Source of the DNA: an uncultured bacterium
GTDB taxonomy: Bacteria > Babelota > Babeliae > Babelales > Vermiphilaceae
Assembly (NCBI GenBank): GCA_963701085.1
Contig: OY969561.1
Span: 1-64,000, forward strand
DNA: 64,000 bases
Direction: 5' to 3'
Positions 12,434 through 24,200 of this stretch are shown piece by piece. Every line of letters starts with the position of its first letter. Within the stretch, counting starts at the first letter, position 1. The translations under genes and the position numbers were made by a program. A model generated the notes under the pieces. It was given only the letters and a program-made list of their open reading frames with translations, did no database searches and was not told where the DNA came from.

Positions 12434-13786
12434 ATGCAATTTACTAATACCCTTAGTGGGAAAAAAGAAGAATTTGTGGTGGGCAAGCAACTGAAAATGT
12501 ATGTCTGCGGGGTCACGCCGTATGATGATGCCCATGTTGGACATGGCAGGTGCTACGTTGCTTTTGATCTGTTGTATAGGATGCTTCGTTCTTTTGGTAC
12601 GTCGGTAACGTATTGCAGAAATTTTACTGATATTGATGATAAAACAATGCGCCGTGCGGAAAAAGAGTTTGGAGATCGTTTACGTTTTAACGAGATTGCC
12701 GATCGTTATATTAAAAATTTTCATCATGATATTGGTAAGCTCAACTGTTTGTCGCCGGATGTTGAACCACGCGTAACTGAAAATATTCCGCAGATTATAG
12801 AATTTATAAAAAAGCTTATTGATAAGGGTGATGCGTATCAGGCTGGCAATGACGTTTATTTCCAGATTGAAAAATTCCCAGAATACGGAAAATTATCCAA
12901 GCAAAAAATAGAAGATTTGTATGCGGGAGTTCGTATTGATGTTTGCCAGCAAAAAAAGAACCCGCTTGATTTTGCATTGTGGAAAGGTGAGCCTGAAGGA
13001 GAGTTTTGGTCAAGCCCTTGGGGTTATGGTCGTCCGGGATGGCATATTGAATGTTCAGTGCTTGCGCGCCTTAATTTGGGTGAGCACATTGATATTCATG
13101 GTGGTGGTCTTGATCTGATATTTCCTCATCATGAAAATGAGATTGCGCAATCAGAAAGTTTGTTTGGTGCGCCATTTTCTCGCATGTGGATGCATAACGG
13201 CATGGTGAACAGTAATAAAGAAAAGATGTCGAAATCGCTCGGCAATTTTTTTGTGCTTCGTGATCTTTATAAACATTTTGATCCAATGGTTATTCGTTAT
13301 TATTTTTTGACGCATCATTATCGCATGCCTATTGAATTTTCTTTTGAAGGTCTGACAAGTGCACAAAAAAGCTATGAACGGTTAATCAGGCTTTGTGCCT
13401 TGTCTTCTGACTTGTCCGCCGAAGCTTTACCGTGTCCTCCGAAGCTTTTAGCGAAGGATGGAGCGAAGGAGGGGATAATCGATCGTATGCTTGAATTTTT
13501 GCAAGACGATCTGAACACTCCAGGGTTGCTTGGTGTTATTTTTGAAAATAGTACTGAGATTGCTCAGAATAAGCATGAATTGGCGGCAGTAAAAAATATT
13601 CTTGTTAACGAACTTGGATTAACATTGCAACCGTTACCAGAGCGCACGGTTGAGCTGACGCCGGAAATTGAAGCGTTGATTGATGGGCGTAATAAAGCAC
13701 GCAGGGAAAAAAATTGGACGCGTGCAGATGAGTTACGTGACCAGTTGCAGCAGTTAGGCTTTGATGTGCATGATGGCAAGATTTAG
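12434..13786 (+). CDS. cysS: Cysteine--tRNA ligase
   Basis: YVCGVTPY, HVGH (HIGH), GRPGWHIEC, DIHGGG, FPHHENE, KMSKS. Confidence 0.97.
   Translation: MQFTNTLSGKKEEFVVGKQLKMYVCGVTPYDDAHVGHGRCYVAFDLLYRMLRSFGTSVTYCRNFTDIDDKTMRRAEKEFGDRLRFNEIADRYIKNFHHDIGKLNCLSPDVEPRVTENIPQIIEFIKKLIDKGDAYQAGNDVYFQIEKFPEYGKLSKQKIEDLYAGVRIDVCQQKKNPLDFALWKGEPEGEFWSSPWGYGRPGWHIECSVLARLNLGEHIDIHGGGLDLIFPHHENEIAQSESLFGAPFSRMWMHNGMVNSNKEKMSKSLGNFFVLRDLYKHFDPMVIRYYFLTHHYRMPIEFSFEGLTSAQKSYERLIRLCALSSDLSAEALPCPPKLLAKDGAKEGIIDRMLEFLQDDLNTPGLLGVIFENSTEIAQNKHELAAVKNILVNELGLTLQPLPERTVELTPEIEALIDGRNKARREKNWTRADELRDQLQQLGFDVHDGKI
13397..13474 (+). repeat. Nested family A repeats inserted in frame in cysS
   Basis: GTCCGCCGAAGCTTT[ACCGTGTCCTCCGAAGCTTTTAGCGAAGGATGG]AGCGAAGGAGG: one hairpin unit inside the loop of another; encodes LSSDLSAEALPCPPKLLAKDGAKEG. 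Confidence 0.8.
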
Positions 13787-13848
13787 TTGATATAAAAAAA
13801 ATATAAAAAGATTTATTTGTACACACACTATTACATACAGGAGAGAAT

Positions 13849-14865
13849 ATGTTGCGAGTTTTTTTGAGTGTCTTATTAATGGCAAGTAGTTTTTTGAATG
13901 CGCGTATAGAAGAAGCTCTTTCATTAGATGTTATTTCCTATGAAAAATTAGTTGAGGGAGATGCAGAGACTCTTAAGATATTGAAAGATGCTTTGCATGA
14001 AAAAGGGATTGTAGGGGTTCGCGGTGTTCCTGGCTTTAAAGAAAAGCATGAACGATTCATTGAAGCAGCGAGAGAATTTAATGCTTTGCCCGAAGAAATG
14101 AAAGAGCAATATAAACCAAATAGATCTCTTGGAGATACGTTTCTTGGCTATGAAGAGGGGAAAGAAAAATTCCAAAAACCAAATGGTGATTGGGTAATTG
14201 ATGATTTAAAAGTTTCTTACTATGCACGTATTCCAGATAATTCTAAAAATAAATGGCCTTGTGAGGTTGATTTAAGAATGCCATTTCAAGATCTTGGGGA
14301 AATTATGGCAGAAACGGGAGAGTCGATTATGCGTAAGATCGGGCTTTTGGGAGGTAGTACAGATTTACAACTTGAGGAGGATGCTTGTTTAGGGCGTATG
14401 CTTTATTATCGTAAAAGTGATAGTAATGAAAATCCTTTTTGGTGTGGAGCTCACTTTGATCATGGCTTATTTACGGCCGTTCTTCCAGCTGTTTATTTTG
14501 TAGATGGAGAACAAATTCCTGAACCTGAAGAAGCAGGACTCTTCATACGAACATCAAAAGAAATGACTTTTAAAAAAGTATTTGCAGATGATCTTGATGT
14601 AATGATGTTTCAAGTAGGTGAGTTTGGTCAACTTGTAATGAATGATAGTATTCAAGCTACAGAGCATTGCGTACAAAAGGCAGTGGGAGCTGTAGAGCGC
14701 TATACTCTTGCTGTTTTTTATGATGCACCTATGGATATACCAATTGATTCAACATCTGTACTAACAAATGATGCACGATATGGAGCGAAAACGGGAGAGG
14801 TTTTTACGTATCGTCATTGGACGAATGCTTCTTTTGAGCGCTATTTAGTGAAAAACGATAAATGA
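13849..14865 (+). CDS. 2-oxoglutarate/Fe(II) oxygenase, isopenicillin N synthase-like, with signal peptide
   Basis: WCGAHFDHG (HxD), QVGEFGQLV...ATEHCV (distal His), RYT; hydrophobic N-terminus. Confidence 0.8.
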   Translation: MLRVFLSVLLMASSFLNARIEEALSLDVISYEKLVEGDAETLKILKDALHEKGIVGVRGVPGFKEKHERFIEAAREFNALPEEMKEQYKPNRSLGDTFLGYEEGKEKFQKPNGDWVIDDLKVSYYARIPDNSKNKWPCEVDLRMPFQDLGEIMAETGESIMRKIGLLGGSTDLQLEEDACLGRMLYYRKSDSNENPFWCGAHFDHGLFTAVLPAVYFVDGEQIPEPEEAGLFIRTSKEMTFKKVFADDLDVMMFQVGEFGQLVMNDSIQATEHCVQKAVGAVERYTLAVFYDAPMDIPIDSTSVLTNDARYGAKTGEVFTYRHWTNASFERYLVKNDK

Positions 14866-14894
14866 AAAAGGGGGTTCGCAAGAACCCTTTTTTT
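14865..14894 (+). terminator. Intrinsic terminator
   Basis: AAAAAGGGGGTTC-GCAA-GAACCCTTTTTTT. Confidence 0.8.
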
Positions 14895-14904
14895 CATTTA
14901 TCGT

Positions 14905-14986
14905 TTTGTTGTGTGTTGACTGGTTACTTATTTTTTTGTTATGGAAAGAAATAATATGTTTTTTCTCATAACAAAAAAGGGTTTTT
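14905..14986 (+). promoter_or_regulatory. Shared promoter/palindromic leader of fibre gene 1 (copies at about 17691-17762 and 21190-21272)
   Basis: TTGACT -35-like box, then inverted repeat TTTTTTGTTAT...ATAACAAAAAA, then AGGG RBS; present before all three paralogues. Confidence 0.65.
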
Positions 14987-17620
14987 ATGAAACGGCAACA
15001 TTCTTCACTTTTCTTTTTTCTTGCGCTTTTTTTATCAGCGCAATCCATTTTTTCGGATGATTTGTATCTTGATCTCAGTAGTGACCATGGCAATTTGGTA
15101 AAAATTGTCACGGAAATAAGTTCTTTGGATATGGACGTTAATTCTCCTCTGTGCCAGCTCAATAAATATATTGCTGATGGCAATTCCATTGCGTTGAAAG
15201 ATACTATTTTAGAAATTCTAGCATACGCCGAATCGGTAGTAGAGAAAAAAAGTAACAATATTTCACAAGATAGATTAGACACCATTAATGATTCACTCGA
15301 TACGTTAGCACGCAAAATTAATAATGGAGATTTTGCTACAGATGAATGTTGTGAATCTGATCAAAAATTAGACTGTTTCTTCCCACCAGTTTGTTGTAAG
15401 GGGCCTCGTGGTCCTCGCGGACATAGAGGTCATCGTGGACATACTGGCGTAACTGGAGCTACCGGATCAACTGGTGCAGGAGTAACTGGAGTTACCGGCC
15501 CAACTGGTCCTGGTGGAGGCAATACCGGAGCTACTGGTGCAACAGGTTCTACTGGTGCAACTGGGGCTGATGGATCAACAGGAGCTACCGGCGCAACTGG
15601 TCCTACTGGGGCTGATGGCTCAACAGGAGCTATCGGCGCTACTGGCGCAACAGGTTCTACTGGTGCAACTGGTCCTACTGGTGCTGATGGCTCAACAGGA
15701 GCTACCGGCGCTACTGGTGCAACTGGTTCTACTGGGGCTGATGGCTCAACGGTAACTGGTGCCAATGTTGGTGCAGGAACAGGCCTTATTTTTAGAGATA
15801 AAACAGGTATTTTTATAAACTTTAAATCACTTATTGAAGGAACATTTTTTAGTATAACTAATAATACGAGTGATATAACGCTTGATGTAGAAGGTACAAA
15901 TCTTAACACCCCCGATACTCTTGTAGCTCGTGATGGGACTGGAAGTTTTGCGGCAGAAGTTATTAGTATGGTTGATGGTGTTGTCAGTGAAAATCTTATT
16001 TTAAGTACAGAACCAAGCACAGCAACAGCAGGAAATGTCATAAAAGGTTCAAGCAGATTTATTCACGATTTTGGAACAAATAATATATTCGTAGGTATAA
16101 ATGCTGGTAATTTCACCACAAGTGGTACCGGGCAAAATAGTGGTTTTGGTACAAATGCTCTTACTGCTAACACAACAGGTACTGGTAATACTGCTATTGG
16201 TTATAATACATTAGCAGCTACTACAACAGGGAGTAATAATACTGCTGTTGGGGATGCACTGAGTGCTAATATTACCGGTAGCAATAATACTGCGCTTGGA
16301 GCTAACACATTAAATCTTAACACAGAATCATTTAATACTGCGATTGGTGCAAATACCCTTGCATCTAACGTAACAGGTACTGATAATACAGCAGTTGGTT
16401 ATAATGCATTGACTAATAATACTGATGTTCAAATTACCGCTGTTGGCTCTGGTGCATTGCAAAACTTTGTTAATGGTGATGGCGGTGAGAATGTAGCAGT
16501 TGGTTACCAGGCATTGAATGCAAACATAGGAGGTAATGCTCTCACTGCAGTTGGTTGGACGGCGCTTGCATCGGATGTAACCACTTCTACCGGCAGCAAC
16601 ACTGCGGTAGGATGGGCGGCGCTTTCAAGCAATACAACAGGTAATAGTAATACAGCAGTTGGGTCAAATGCATTAAGTTCTAATATTAGTGGCCAGAATT
16701 GCACAGCCGTCGGTGCTTCTGCTTTACCTTCTAATACAAACGGCATGAACAACACCGCAGTTGGTGAGTTTGCTATGGGAAATGTTACAACAGGCAGTTT
16801 CAATGTAGCAATTGGTGATACTTCATTAGCGAGTAATATAACTGGAAGTAATAATGTGGGGATTGGTTCTGGTGTAGACATATCAGGGAATCAAAATGTT
16901 GTAGTTGGAGCATCTGCAGGTCCTACCAACGGATCGTTTAATGTTGGCGTTGGAAACGGAGTGCTTGTCGAAAATGGAGGAGATAATAATGTTGCCGTTG
17001 GTTATTTTTCAATGAATAATACACTGACATTAACAAATCATGATAATACGGCTGTTGGATTTCAATCGCTTATAAATGTAACGGGGAATTCTAATATTGC
17101 AATTGGCAGTAATGCAGGATTATTGGCTACAAGTGGAGACAATGATATTTATATAGCTCATGAAGGTGTTGCGGCTGAATCTGCTGCTATTCGTATTGGT
17201 ACTCTTGGCACACAAACTACATGCTTTGTTCAGGGAATTAGCGGGGTTACCGTTGCAGCATCTGTACCTGTTCTTATTGATGTAAATGGCCAACTTGGTA
17301 CTATTCTCTCATCAGAAAGATTCAAACACAACATAGCAGATATGGGTAATGATTCTTCAGCTATTCTTAATCTGCGTCCAGTAACATTTGCATATAACAG
17401 TGATGCATCAGAAACAAGACAGTATGGGTTAATTGCTGAAGAAGTTGAACAAGTGTTCCCTGCTATTGTGGTTTATGATGCCGATGGCAATCCTTACACT
17501 GTTCAATATCAAATACTTCCAGTGTTATTGTTAAATGAGTTGATTAAACAAAAAGCAGAATTTAATAGCGCAATGGCAAACATCAATAATCGTTTAGTGG
17601 CACTTGAAGGGCAAAATTAA
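14987..17620 (+). CDS. Secreted trimeric fibre-like protein 1: signal peptide, collagen-like (GXT)n, NTAVG-type repeats, C-terminal intramolecular chaperone (Peptidase_S74)
   Basis: [13 protein letters not shown] then (GATGST/GPTGAD)n; ~14-aa NTAVGxxAL repeats; [25 protein letters not shown]; terminal coiled coil. Confidence 0.9.
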   Translation: MKRQHSSLFFFLALFLSAQSIFSDDLYLDLSSDHGNLVKIVTEISSLDMDVNSPLCQLNKYIADGNSIALKDTILEILAYAESVVEKKSNNISQDRLDTINDSLDTLARKINNGDFATDECCESDQKLDCFFPPVCCKGPRGPRGHRGHRGHTGVTGATGSTGAGVTGVTGPTGPGGGNTGATGATGSTGATGADGSTGATGATGPTGADGSTGAIGATGATGSTGATGPTGADGSTGATGATGATGSTGADGSTVTGANVGAGTGLIFRDKTGIFINFKSLIEGTFFSITNNTSDITLDVEGTNLNTPDTLVARDGTGSFAAEVISMVDGVVSENLILSTEPSTATAGNVIKGSSRFIHDFGTNNIFVGINAGNFTTSGTGQNSGFGTNALTANTTGTGNTAIGYNTLAATTTGSNNTAVGDALSANITGSNNTALGANTLNLNTESFNTAIGANTLASNVTGTDNTAVGYNALTNNTDVQITAVGSGALQNFVNGDGGENVAVGYQALNANIGGNALTAVGWTALASDVTTSTGSNTAVGWAALSSNTTGNSNTAVGSNALSSNISGQNCTAVGASALPSNTNGMNNTAVGEFAMGNVTTGSFNVAIGDTSLASNITGSNNVGIGSGVDISGNQNVVVGASAGPTNGSFNVGVGNGVLVENGGDNNVAVGYFSMNNTLTLTNHDNTAVGFQSLINVTGNSNIAIGSNAGLLATSGDNDIYIAHEGVAAESAAIRIGTLGTQTTCFVQGISGVTVAASVPVLIDVNGQLGTILSSERFKHNIADMGNDSSAILNLRPVTFAYNSDASETRQYGLIAEEVEQVFPAIVVYDADGNPYTVQYQILPVLLLNELIKQKAEFNSAMANINNRLVALEGQN

Positions 17621-17648
17621 GCGGTAAATTTTATACGCTATTACGTAG

Positions 17649-17683
17649 AAAAAGAGCTTTGGTATTTGCCAAAGCTCTTTTTT
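17649..17683 (+). terminator. Intrinsic terminator
   Basis: AAAAAGAGCTTTGG-loop-CCAAAGCTCTTTTTT; near-identical copy at 21087-21123. Confidence 0.85.
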
Positions 17684-17762
17684 ATTGTTTATTGACTGGC
17701 TACTTATTTTTTTGTTATAGAAAAAAATAATATGTTTTTTCTCATAACAAAAAAGGGTTTTT

Positions 17763-20700
17763 ATGAAACGGCAACATTCTTCACTTTTCTTTTTTCTTGC
17801 GTTTTCTTTATCAGCGCAATCCAATTTTTCGGATGATTTGTATCTTGATCTCAGTAGTGACAATGGTAACTTGGTAAGAGTTGTCGCGGAAATAAGTTCT
17901 TTGGATATGGACGTTAATTCTCCTCTGTGCCAGCTCAATAAATATATTGCTGATGGCAATTCCATTGCATTGAAAGATACTATTTTAGAAATTCTAGCAT
18001 ACGCCGAATCGGTAGTAGAGACAAAAAGCAACAATATTTCACAAGATAGATTAGACACCATCAATGATTCACTCGATACGTTAGCACGTAAAATTAATAA
18101 TGGAGATTTTGCTACAGATGGATGTTGTGAATCTGATCAAAAATTTGACTGTTTTTTTCCACCAGTTTGTTGCCAAGGGCCTCGTGGTCCTCGCGGACAT
18201 AGAGGTCATCATGGACATACTGGCGTAACGGGAGCTACTGGGGTAACTGGTCCTGCTGGCCCAGGTTCAGGAGCAACTGGATCAACTGGTGCTACGGGAG
18301 CTACTGGCGCAACTGGTCCTACTGGCGCTGATGGCTCAACGGTAACTGGTGCCAATGTTGGTGCAGGAACAGGTCTTATTTTTAGAGATAAAACAGGTAT
18401 TTTTATAAACTTTAAGTCGCTTATTCAGGGATCATTTTTTAGTATAACTAATAATGCGAGTGATATAACACTTGATGTAGAAGGTACAAATCTCAATACG
18501 CCAAACACTCTTGTTGCGCGTGATGGCACGGGAAGTTTTGCAGCAGAAGTTATTAGCATGGTTGATGGTGTTGTCAGCGAAAATCTTATTTTAAGCACAG
18601 AACCAAGCACAGCAACAGCAGGAAATGTTATTAAAGGTGCAAGTAGGTTTATTCACGATTTTGGAACAAATAATACATTCGTAGGTATAGACGCTGGTAA
18701 TTTTACATTAACTGGCACGCAAAATAGTGGTTTTGGTACAAATGCTCTTACAGCTTTAACAACAGGTACTGGTAACACTGCTCTTGGGTATAATACATTA
18801 GCAGCTACTACAACAGGGAGTAATAATACTGCTGTTGGGGATGCACTGAGTGCTAATATTACCGGTAGCAATAATACTGCGCTTGGAGCTAACACATTAA
18901 ATCTTAACACAGAATCATTTAATACTGCGATTGGTGCAAATACCCTTGCATCTAACGTAACAGGTACTGATAATACAGCAGTTGGTTATAATGCATTGAC
19001 TAATAATACTGATGTTCAAATTACCGCTGTTGGCTCTGGTGCATTGCAAAACTTTGTTAATGGTGATGGCGGTGAGAATGTAGCAGTTGGTTACCAGGCA
19101 ATAAATGCAAACGTAGGAGGTAATAGTCTTACTGCAGTGGGTTGGACAGCATTAGCCTTAGATGTAACAACTACTGTAGGTAATAATACGGCAGTTGGCT
19201 GGGCGGCACTTGCGACCAATACAACAGGTACTGATAATACAGCTCTGGGGAATGATGCATTATCGAGTAATACCACGGGTATTACTAATACAGCTGTGGG
19301 AAGTCATGCATTAGCTGGAAACACCATTGGTACTAATAATACAGGTGTAGGAACTAGTGCTTTAAATTCAAACACAACTGGTACTAATAATACAGGTGTA
19401 GGAAATAATGTTTTAGCTGCAAACACAACAGGTATTAATAATACAGCGATAGGTGACAGTGCACTCAGTGCAAATATCACCGGTCAGGGCAATACTGCTG
19501 TTGGAGAATCTGCACTTGCAAGCAACATCACAGATCTTACCACTGCTGTTGGATATTTTTCATTAAATCAAAATACTACTGGAGCAGGTAATACTGCAGT
19601 GGGTAGTAATACATTGGCAGTGAATGTAACAGGTAATGATAATACAGCCGTTGGTCTCAATGCTCTTGCAGCTAATACTGATAATCAAAATGTTGCTGTT
19701 GGATCTGGTGTATTACAAAATTATGTTAATGGTGGCGGTCAGCATGTGGCAGTTGGTTATCAAGCATTAAATTCCAATGTTACAGGAAGTGGTAACACTG
19801 CGGTTGGTTATCAAGCACTACAAGCAGATGTAACAGTTTCTCCTTCTGGTTTTAATACTGCAGTTGGTTATCAAGCATTAACAGCAAATACAACAGGTCA
19901 TGATAATACTGCAAGCGGTGATAGTGCATTAGTTGCTAATACAACAGGGGTACAAAATACTGCTGTGGGGAGTGGTTCATTATTCACTAACATCACAGGT
20001 TCTGACAATACTGCAGTTGGATATAATGCATTGGTTGTTAATACTGACAATGAAATTACCGCAGTTGGTTCAGGTGCATTGCAAAGTTATACGGTTAATG
20101 TTGCCGGTGGCCAAAATGTAGCTGTTGGTTATAATGCATTGAGTGCAAATACTGTTGGTGCTAATAATACGGCAGTTGGTTGGTCAGCGTTACTCAACGA
20201 TATAACAGTTGAAACGGGTAGTAATACAGCTGTTGGTTCTGCTGCACTTTTTACCAATATAAACGGTTTGAATAATACAGCTGTGGGCGACCATTCATTA
20301 TTCGCTAATACCATTGGTGCTTTTAATACAGCTGTGGGGGCTGCTTCATTAACCAGCAATATCACTGGTAATAATAATACAGCTGTGGGAAATAGCGCAT
20401 TAGCAAGTAACGCCACTGGTAATGATAATACAGCTCTTGGCTGTAATGCTCTTTTAGCTAATTCAATAGGTATACAAAACACTTGCATTGGTAGTAGCGC
20501 TCTTGGGCTGGTGACAGGAAATCATAATATTGCTCTTGGCTATAATGCAGGTGGTGCAGCAACAACAGGAAGTAACGATATTTATATTGGCCATGTTGGT
20601 GTTGCAGCTGAATCTGCTGCTATTCGTATTGGTACTCTTGGTACACAGACAACATGTTTTGTCCAAGGAATTAGCGGGGTTACTGTTGCAGCATCTGTAC

Positions 20701-21062
20701 CTGTTCTCATTGATGTGAATGGCCAACTTGGTACTATTCTTTCATCAGAAAGATTCAAACACAACATAGCAGATATGGGTAATGATTCTTCAAGTATTCT
20801 TAATCTTCGTCCCGTAACATTTGCATATAACAGTGATGCATCAGAAACAAAACAATATGGGTTAATTGCTGAAGAAGTTGATCAAGTATTTCCTTCTATT
20901 GTTGTAAGAGATGAAGATGGAAATCCTTATACTGTTCAATATCAAGTGCTTCCAGCACTTTTATTGAATGAGTTGATAAAACAACAAGCAGCACTAGAGC
21001 AGCACCAAGCAGCAATAGAAAATATGAATGATCGTTTAGCGGCACTTGAAGCGCAAAATTAA
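17763..21062 (+). CDS. Secreted trimeric fibre-like protein 2 (paralogue; shorter collagen, more NTAVG repeats, Peptidase_S74)
   Basis: Same architecture; long near-identical blocks shared with fibre 1. Confidence 0.9.
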   Translation: MKRQHSSLFFFLAFSLSAQSNFSDDLYLDLSSDNGNLVRVVAEISSLDMDVNSPLCQLNKYIADGNSIALKDTILEILAYAESVVETKSNNISQDRLDTINDSLDTLARKINNGDFATDGCCESDQKFDCFFPPVCCQGPRGPRGHRGHHGHTGVTGATGVTGPAGPGSGATGSTGATGATGATGPTGADGSTVTGANVGAGTGLIFRDKTGIFINFKSLIQGSFFSITNNASDITLDVEGTNLNTPNTLVARDGTGSFAAEVISMVDGVVSENLILSTEPSTATAGNVIKGASRFIHDFGTNNTFVGIDAGNFTLTGTQNSGFGTNALTALTTGTGNTALGYNTLAATTTGSNNTAVGDALSANITGSNNTALGANTLNLNTESFNTAIGANTLASNVTGTDNTAVGYNALTNNTDVQITAVGSGALQNFVNGDGGENVAVGYQAINANVGGNSLTAVGWTALALDVTTTVGNNTAVGWAALATNTTGTDNTALGNDALSSNTTGITNTAVGSHALAGNTIGTNNTGVGTSALNSNTTGTNNTGVGNNVLAANTTGINNTAIGDSALSANITGQGNTAVGESALASNITDLTTAVGYFSLNQNTTGAGNTAVGSNTLAVNVTGNDNTAVGLNALAANTDNQNVAVGSGVLQNYVNGGGQHVAVGYQALNSNVTGSGNTAVGYQALQADVTVSPSGFNTAVGYQALTANTTGHDNTASGDSALVANTTGVQNTAVGSGSLFTNITGSDNTAVGYNALVVNTDNEITAVGSGALQSYTVNVAGGQNVAVGYNALSANTVGANNTAVGWSALLNDITVETGSNTAVGSAALFTNINGLNNTAVGDHSLFANTIGAFNTAVGAASLTSNITGNNNTAVGNSALASNATGNDNTALGCNALLANSIGIQNTCIGSSALGLVTGNHNIALGYNAGGAATTGSNDIYIGHVGVAAESAAIRIGTLGTQTTCFVQGISGVTVAASVPVLIDVNGQLGTILSSERFKHNIADMGNDSSSILNLRPVTFAYNSDASETKQYGLIAEEVDQVFPSIVVRDEDGNPYTVQYQVLPALLLNELIKQQAALEQHQAAIENMNDRLAALEAQN

Positions 21063-21086
21063 GCGGTACATCATACGCTATTACGT

Positions 21087-21123
21087 AAAAAAAGAGCTTT
21101 GGTTTTTGCCAAAGCTCTTTTTT
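21087..21123 (+). terminator. Intrinsic terminator
   Basis: AAAAGAGCTTTGG-loop-CCAAAGCTCTTTTTT. Confidence 0.85.
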
Positions 21124-21272
21124 ATTGTTTTCTGTAGCGCTATTGTGAAATTTATTGTGTAAATATGGAAAAATAGAGTTAACTGATTTTTTTGTTGTGT
21201 TGATTAGCTACTTATTTTTTTGTTATGGAAAGAAATAACATGTTTGTTCTTATAACAAAAAAAAGGGTTTTT

Positions 21273-24200
21273 ATGAAACGGCAACATTCTTCATTTTTCT
21301 TTTTTCTTGCGCTTTTTTTATCAGCGCAACCAAATTCTTCGAATGATGTGTATCTTGATCTTAGCGGTGACCATGACAATTTGATAGACATTGTAGAGGA
21401 AATAAGTTCATGGGATGAAAATCAAAATTCTCTTTTGTGGCAATTACAGAGACATATTGCAGAGGGTAATCTGATAGTGCCTCAAGATTTTGTTGTAGAG
21501 GCCTTGGCGTACGCTGAAAATATTGTTGAAAAACAACGTAAAAAACTTTCATCAAATAAATTTAATTATATTAATGATGTTCTTGATCACTTAGCATGCG
21601 TCATTGAAAATGGTGATTTAAATCATGTTGTGCATAGAAAAGATGCGAATATAGATTTTGATGATGCATTGTTTCCCTGCCCGCGTGGCCCTCGTGGGCA
21701 TCGTGGACACCGTGGATATCAAGGAGCTACCGGTGCAACGGGGGCTTATGGTGATGGTGGTACAGGAGCAACAGGTGCTACGGGTGCAATTGGATCAACA
21801 GGAGCTACTGGGTCAACTGGTGCAACGGGGCCTGCAGGTGCCACGGGAACTTTTGATCCTTCAAGTTGTATAGACAGTTTATGCGTTAATAATTTTTCTG
21901 TTGTGAATGAAATAATTAGTGGGCCGTTATCAACGTGTGATGTTTTTGTTGGATGTAATTTGTTTTTAAATGATTCAGCAAGTTCTACGGTTGGTAATGT
22001 TATTAAAGATGGTCAACCATTTATGCATACATTCCCAGGTACTAATTCAGCAAATACATTTGTGGGTGAAAGTGCAGGGAATTTCAGCATGACTGCTGGT
22101 GAAAACACAGCTGTTGGATTCCAAGCTCTTATCGTTAATATAGATGGTTTTCAGAATACAGCAGTTGGAAGCTACGCGCTTAATTCAAATATAGGATTTG
22201 GAGGAGGCATCTTTGGTGGATCTGCTAATACTGCAGTTGGTAATAATGCGTTGGGGAGTAATACAACTGGTTATAATAATACTGCGGTTGGTAATAATGC
22301 TTTAGGCAGTAATGTTACTGGTATTAATAATGTGGCGGTTGGTGCTAATGCTTTATTTATTAGCACAGAAGGTTCAAATAATATTGCAATGGGATATCTT
22401 GCTCTACAAAATAATACAACGGGCAGTGATAATATTGGAATCGGTATTTCTGCTTTAGCAGCAAATCAAACTGGTAGTTCTAATGTTGCTATTGGATCTC
22501 AAGCGCTTGCGAATAATACAACAGGATTTAATACTGCTATTGGATTTAATGCATTACAAAATAATACAATCGGAGATCAAAATACTGCCATAGGACAAAG
22601 CGCGCTTTCTTCTAATACAGCAGGATATCAAAACACTGCAGTCGGACAAGATGCACTTGCTGCTAATACTTTAGGTACTCAAAATACTGCTGTTGGGCAA
22701 GATGCATTGCTCGCTAATACGACTGGTTCTTTTAATACTGGTATTGGGCAAACGACACTTTTATCTAATACTGTTGGTATTAATAATACAGCGGTGGGAT
22801 ACTCTGCATTATCAAGCAATACAACAGGAACTGATAATACAGCAATTGGGTGTAATGCGCTTGCTAACAATGATGCAACTGTTGGTAATACCGCAGTTGG
22901 CAGTGGTTCATTAGCGGCAAATACAACTGGTGTTAACAATACTGCAGTTGGTTATCAAACACTTTTAAATAATACAGTGGGTATTGCTAATACAGCAGTT
23001 GGTTACCAAGCGCTTATAGCAAATACATCAGGTTATTCTAATGTTGCTGTTGGACAAAATGCTCTTCAATTAAATGATGCTGGATATATGAATACAGCTG
23101 TTGGTACTAATGCATTAGAATTTAATACAGAAGGTTCTCAAAACAGTGCTTTTGGCGCAGGAGCATTGCAAGAAAATACGACTGGTGTCAATAATACTGC
23201 CATTGGGCTTGGAGCATTATCATTTAATGTAACAGGAGTTAATAATACAGCTGTTGGATTACTCGCTTTGAATGCTAATCTTGTTGATCATAATACTGCA
23301 GTTGGACACAATGCATTAGCAAATAATACAACAGGTTTCCAAAATACAGCAGTTGGACAAAATTCACTTAATGCTAATTCAACAGGATGGCAAAATACCG
23401 CCGTTGGACAAGGAGCATTGCAATCAAATACCATAGGCATTCAAAATACAGCAATGGGACAAAATGCGCTTTCAAGTAATACTTTTGGTTCTTCTAATGT
23501 TGCTGTTGGTCAAAATGCTTTAGCAAGCAATACAACTGGTTCTTCGAATACTGCTCTTGGAGAAAATGCATTATTGTTAAATACATTTGGAACAAATAAT
23601 ACAGCAGTTGGACAGGATGCACTTCAATTAAATATTATTGGTGTTAATAATACCGCCGTTGGTGTTAATGCATTACAAAATAATGTAGCAAATAATAATA
23701 GTGCGTTTGGAGAATATGCGCTTGCAAATGATACATCCGGTGCAAACAATACCGCAGTTGGGCAAGCTGCTCTTGGTTTGAATACAGCGGGAAATAATAA
23801 CGTTGCTGTTGGATTTAATGCATTAACTTTTAGTATAGGTTCTTTTAATACAGCAGTTGGTGTTAATGCATTGCTTAATAATATAGTTGATGGTAACACT
23901 GCCGTTGGAAACAATGCACTTTTAACGAATTCAACTGGTTTTAATAATGTCGCTGTTGGAAATAGTGCATTACAAAATAACTTAACGGGTAGTAATAATA
24001 CAGCAATGGGTGTAGGTGCATTGTTCGCAAATGGTACTGGTATTAATAATACCGCAATAGGATACAATGTGTTATCAAGTAATACAACAGGTACAGATAA
24101 TACTGCAGTTGGTTATAATGCTCTTGTTGCAAATGATGCAACTGTTGGTAATACAGCAGTAGGTAGCGGTGCATTAGAATCCAATACCGCGGGTGCACCA

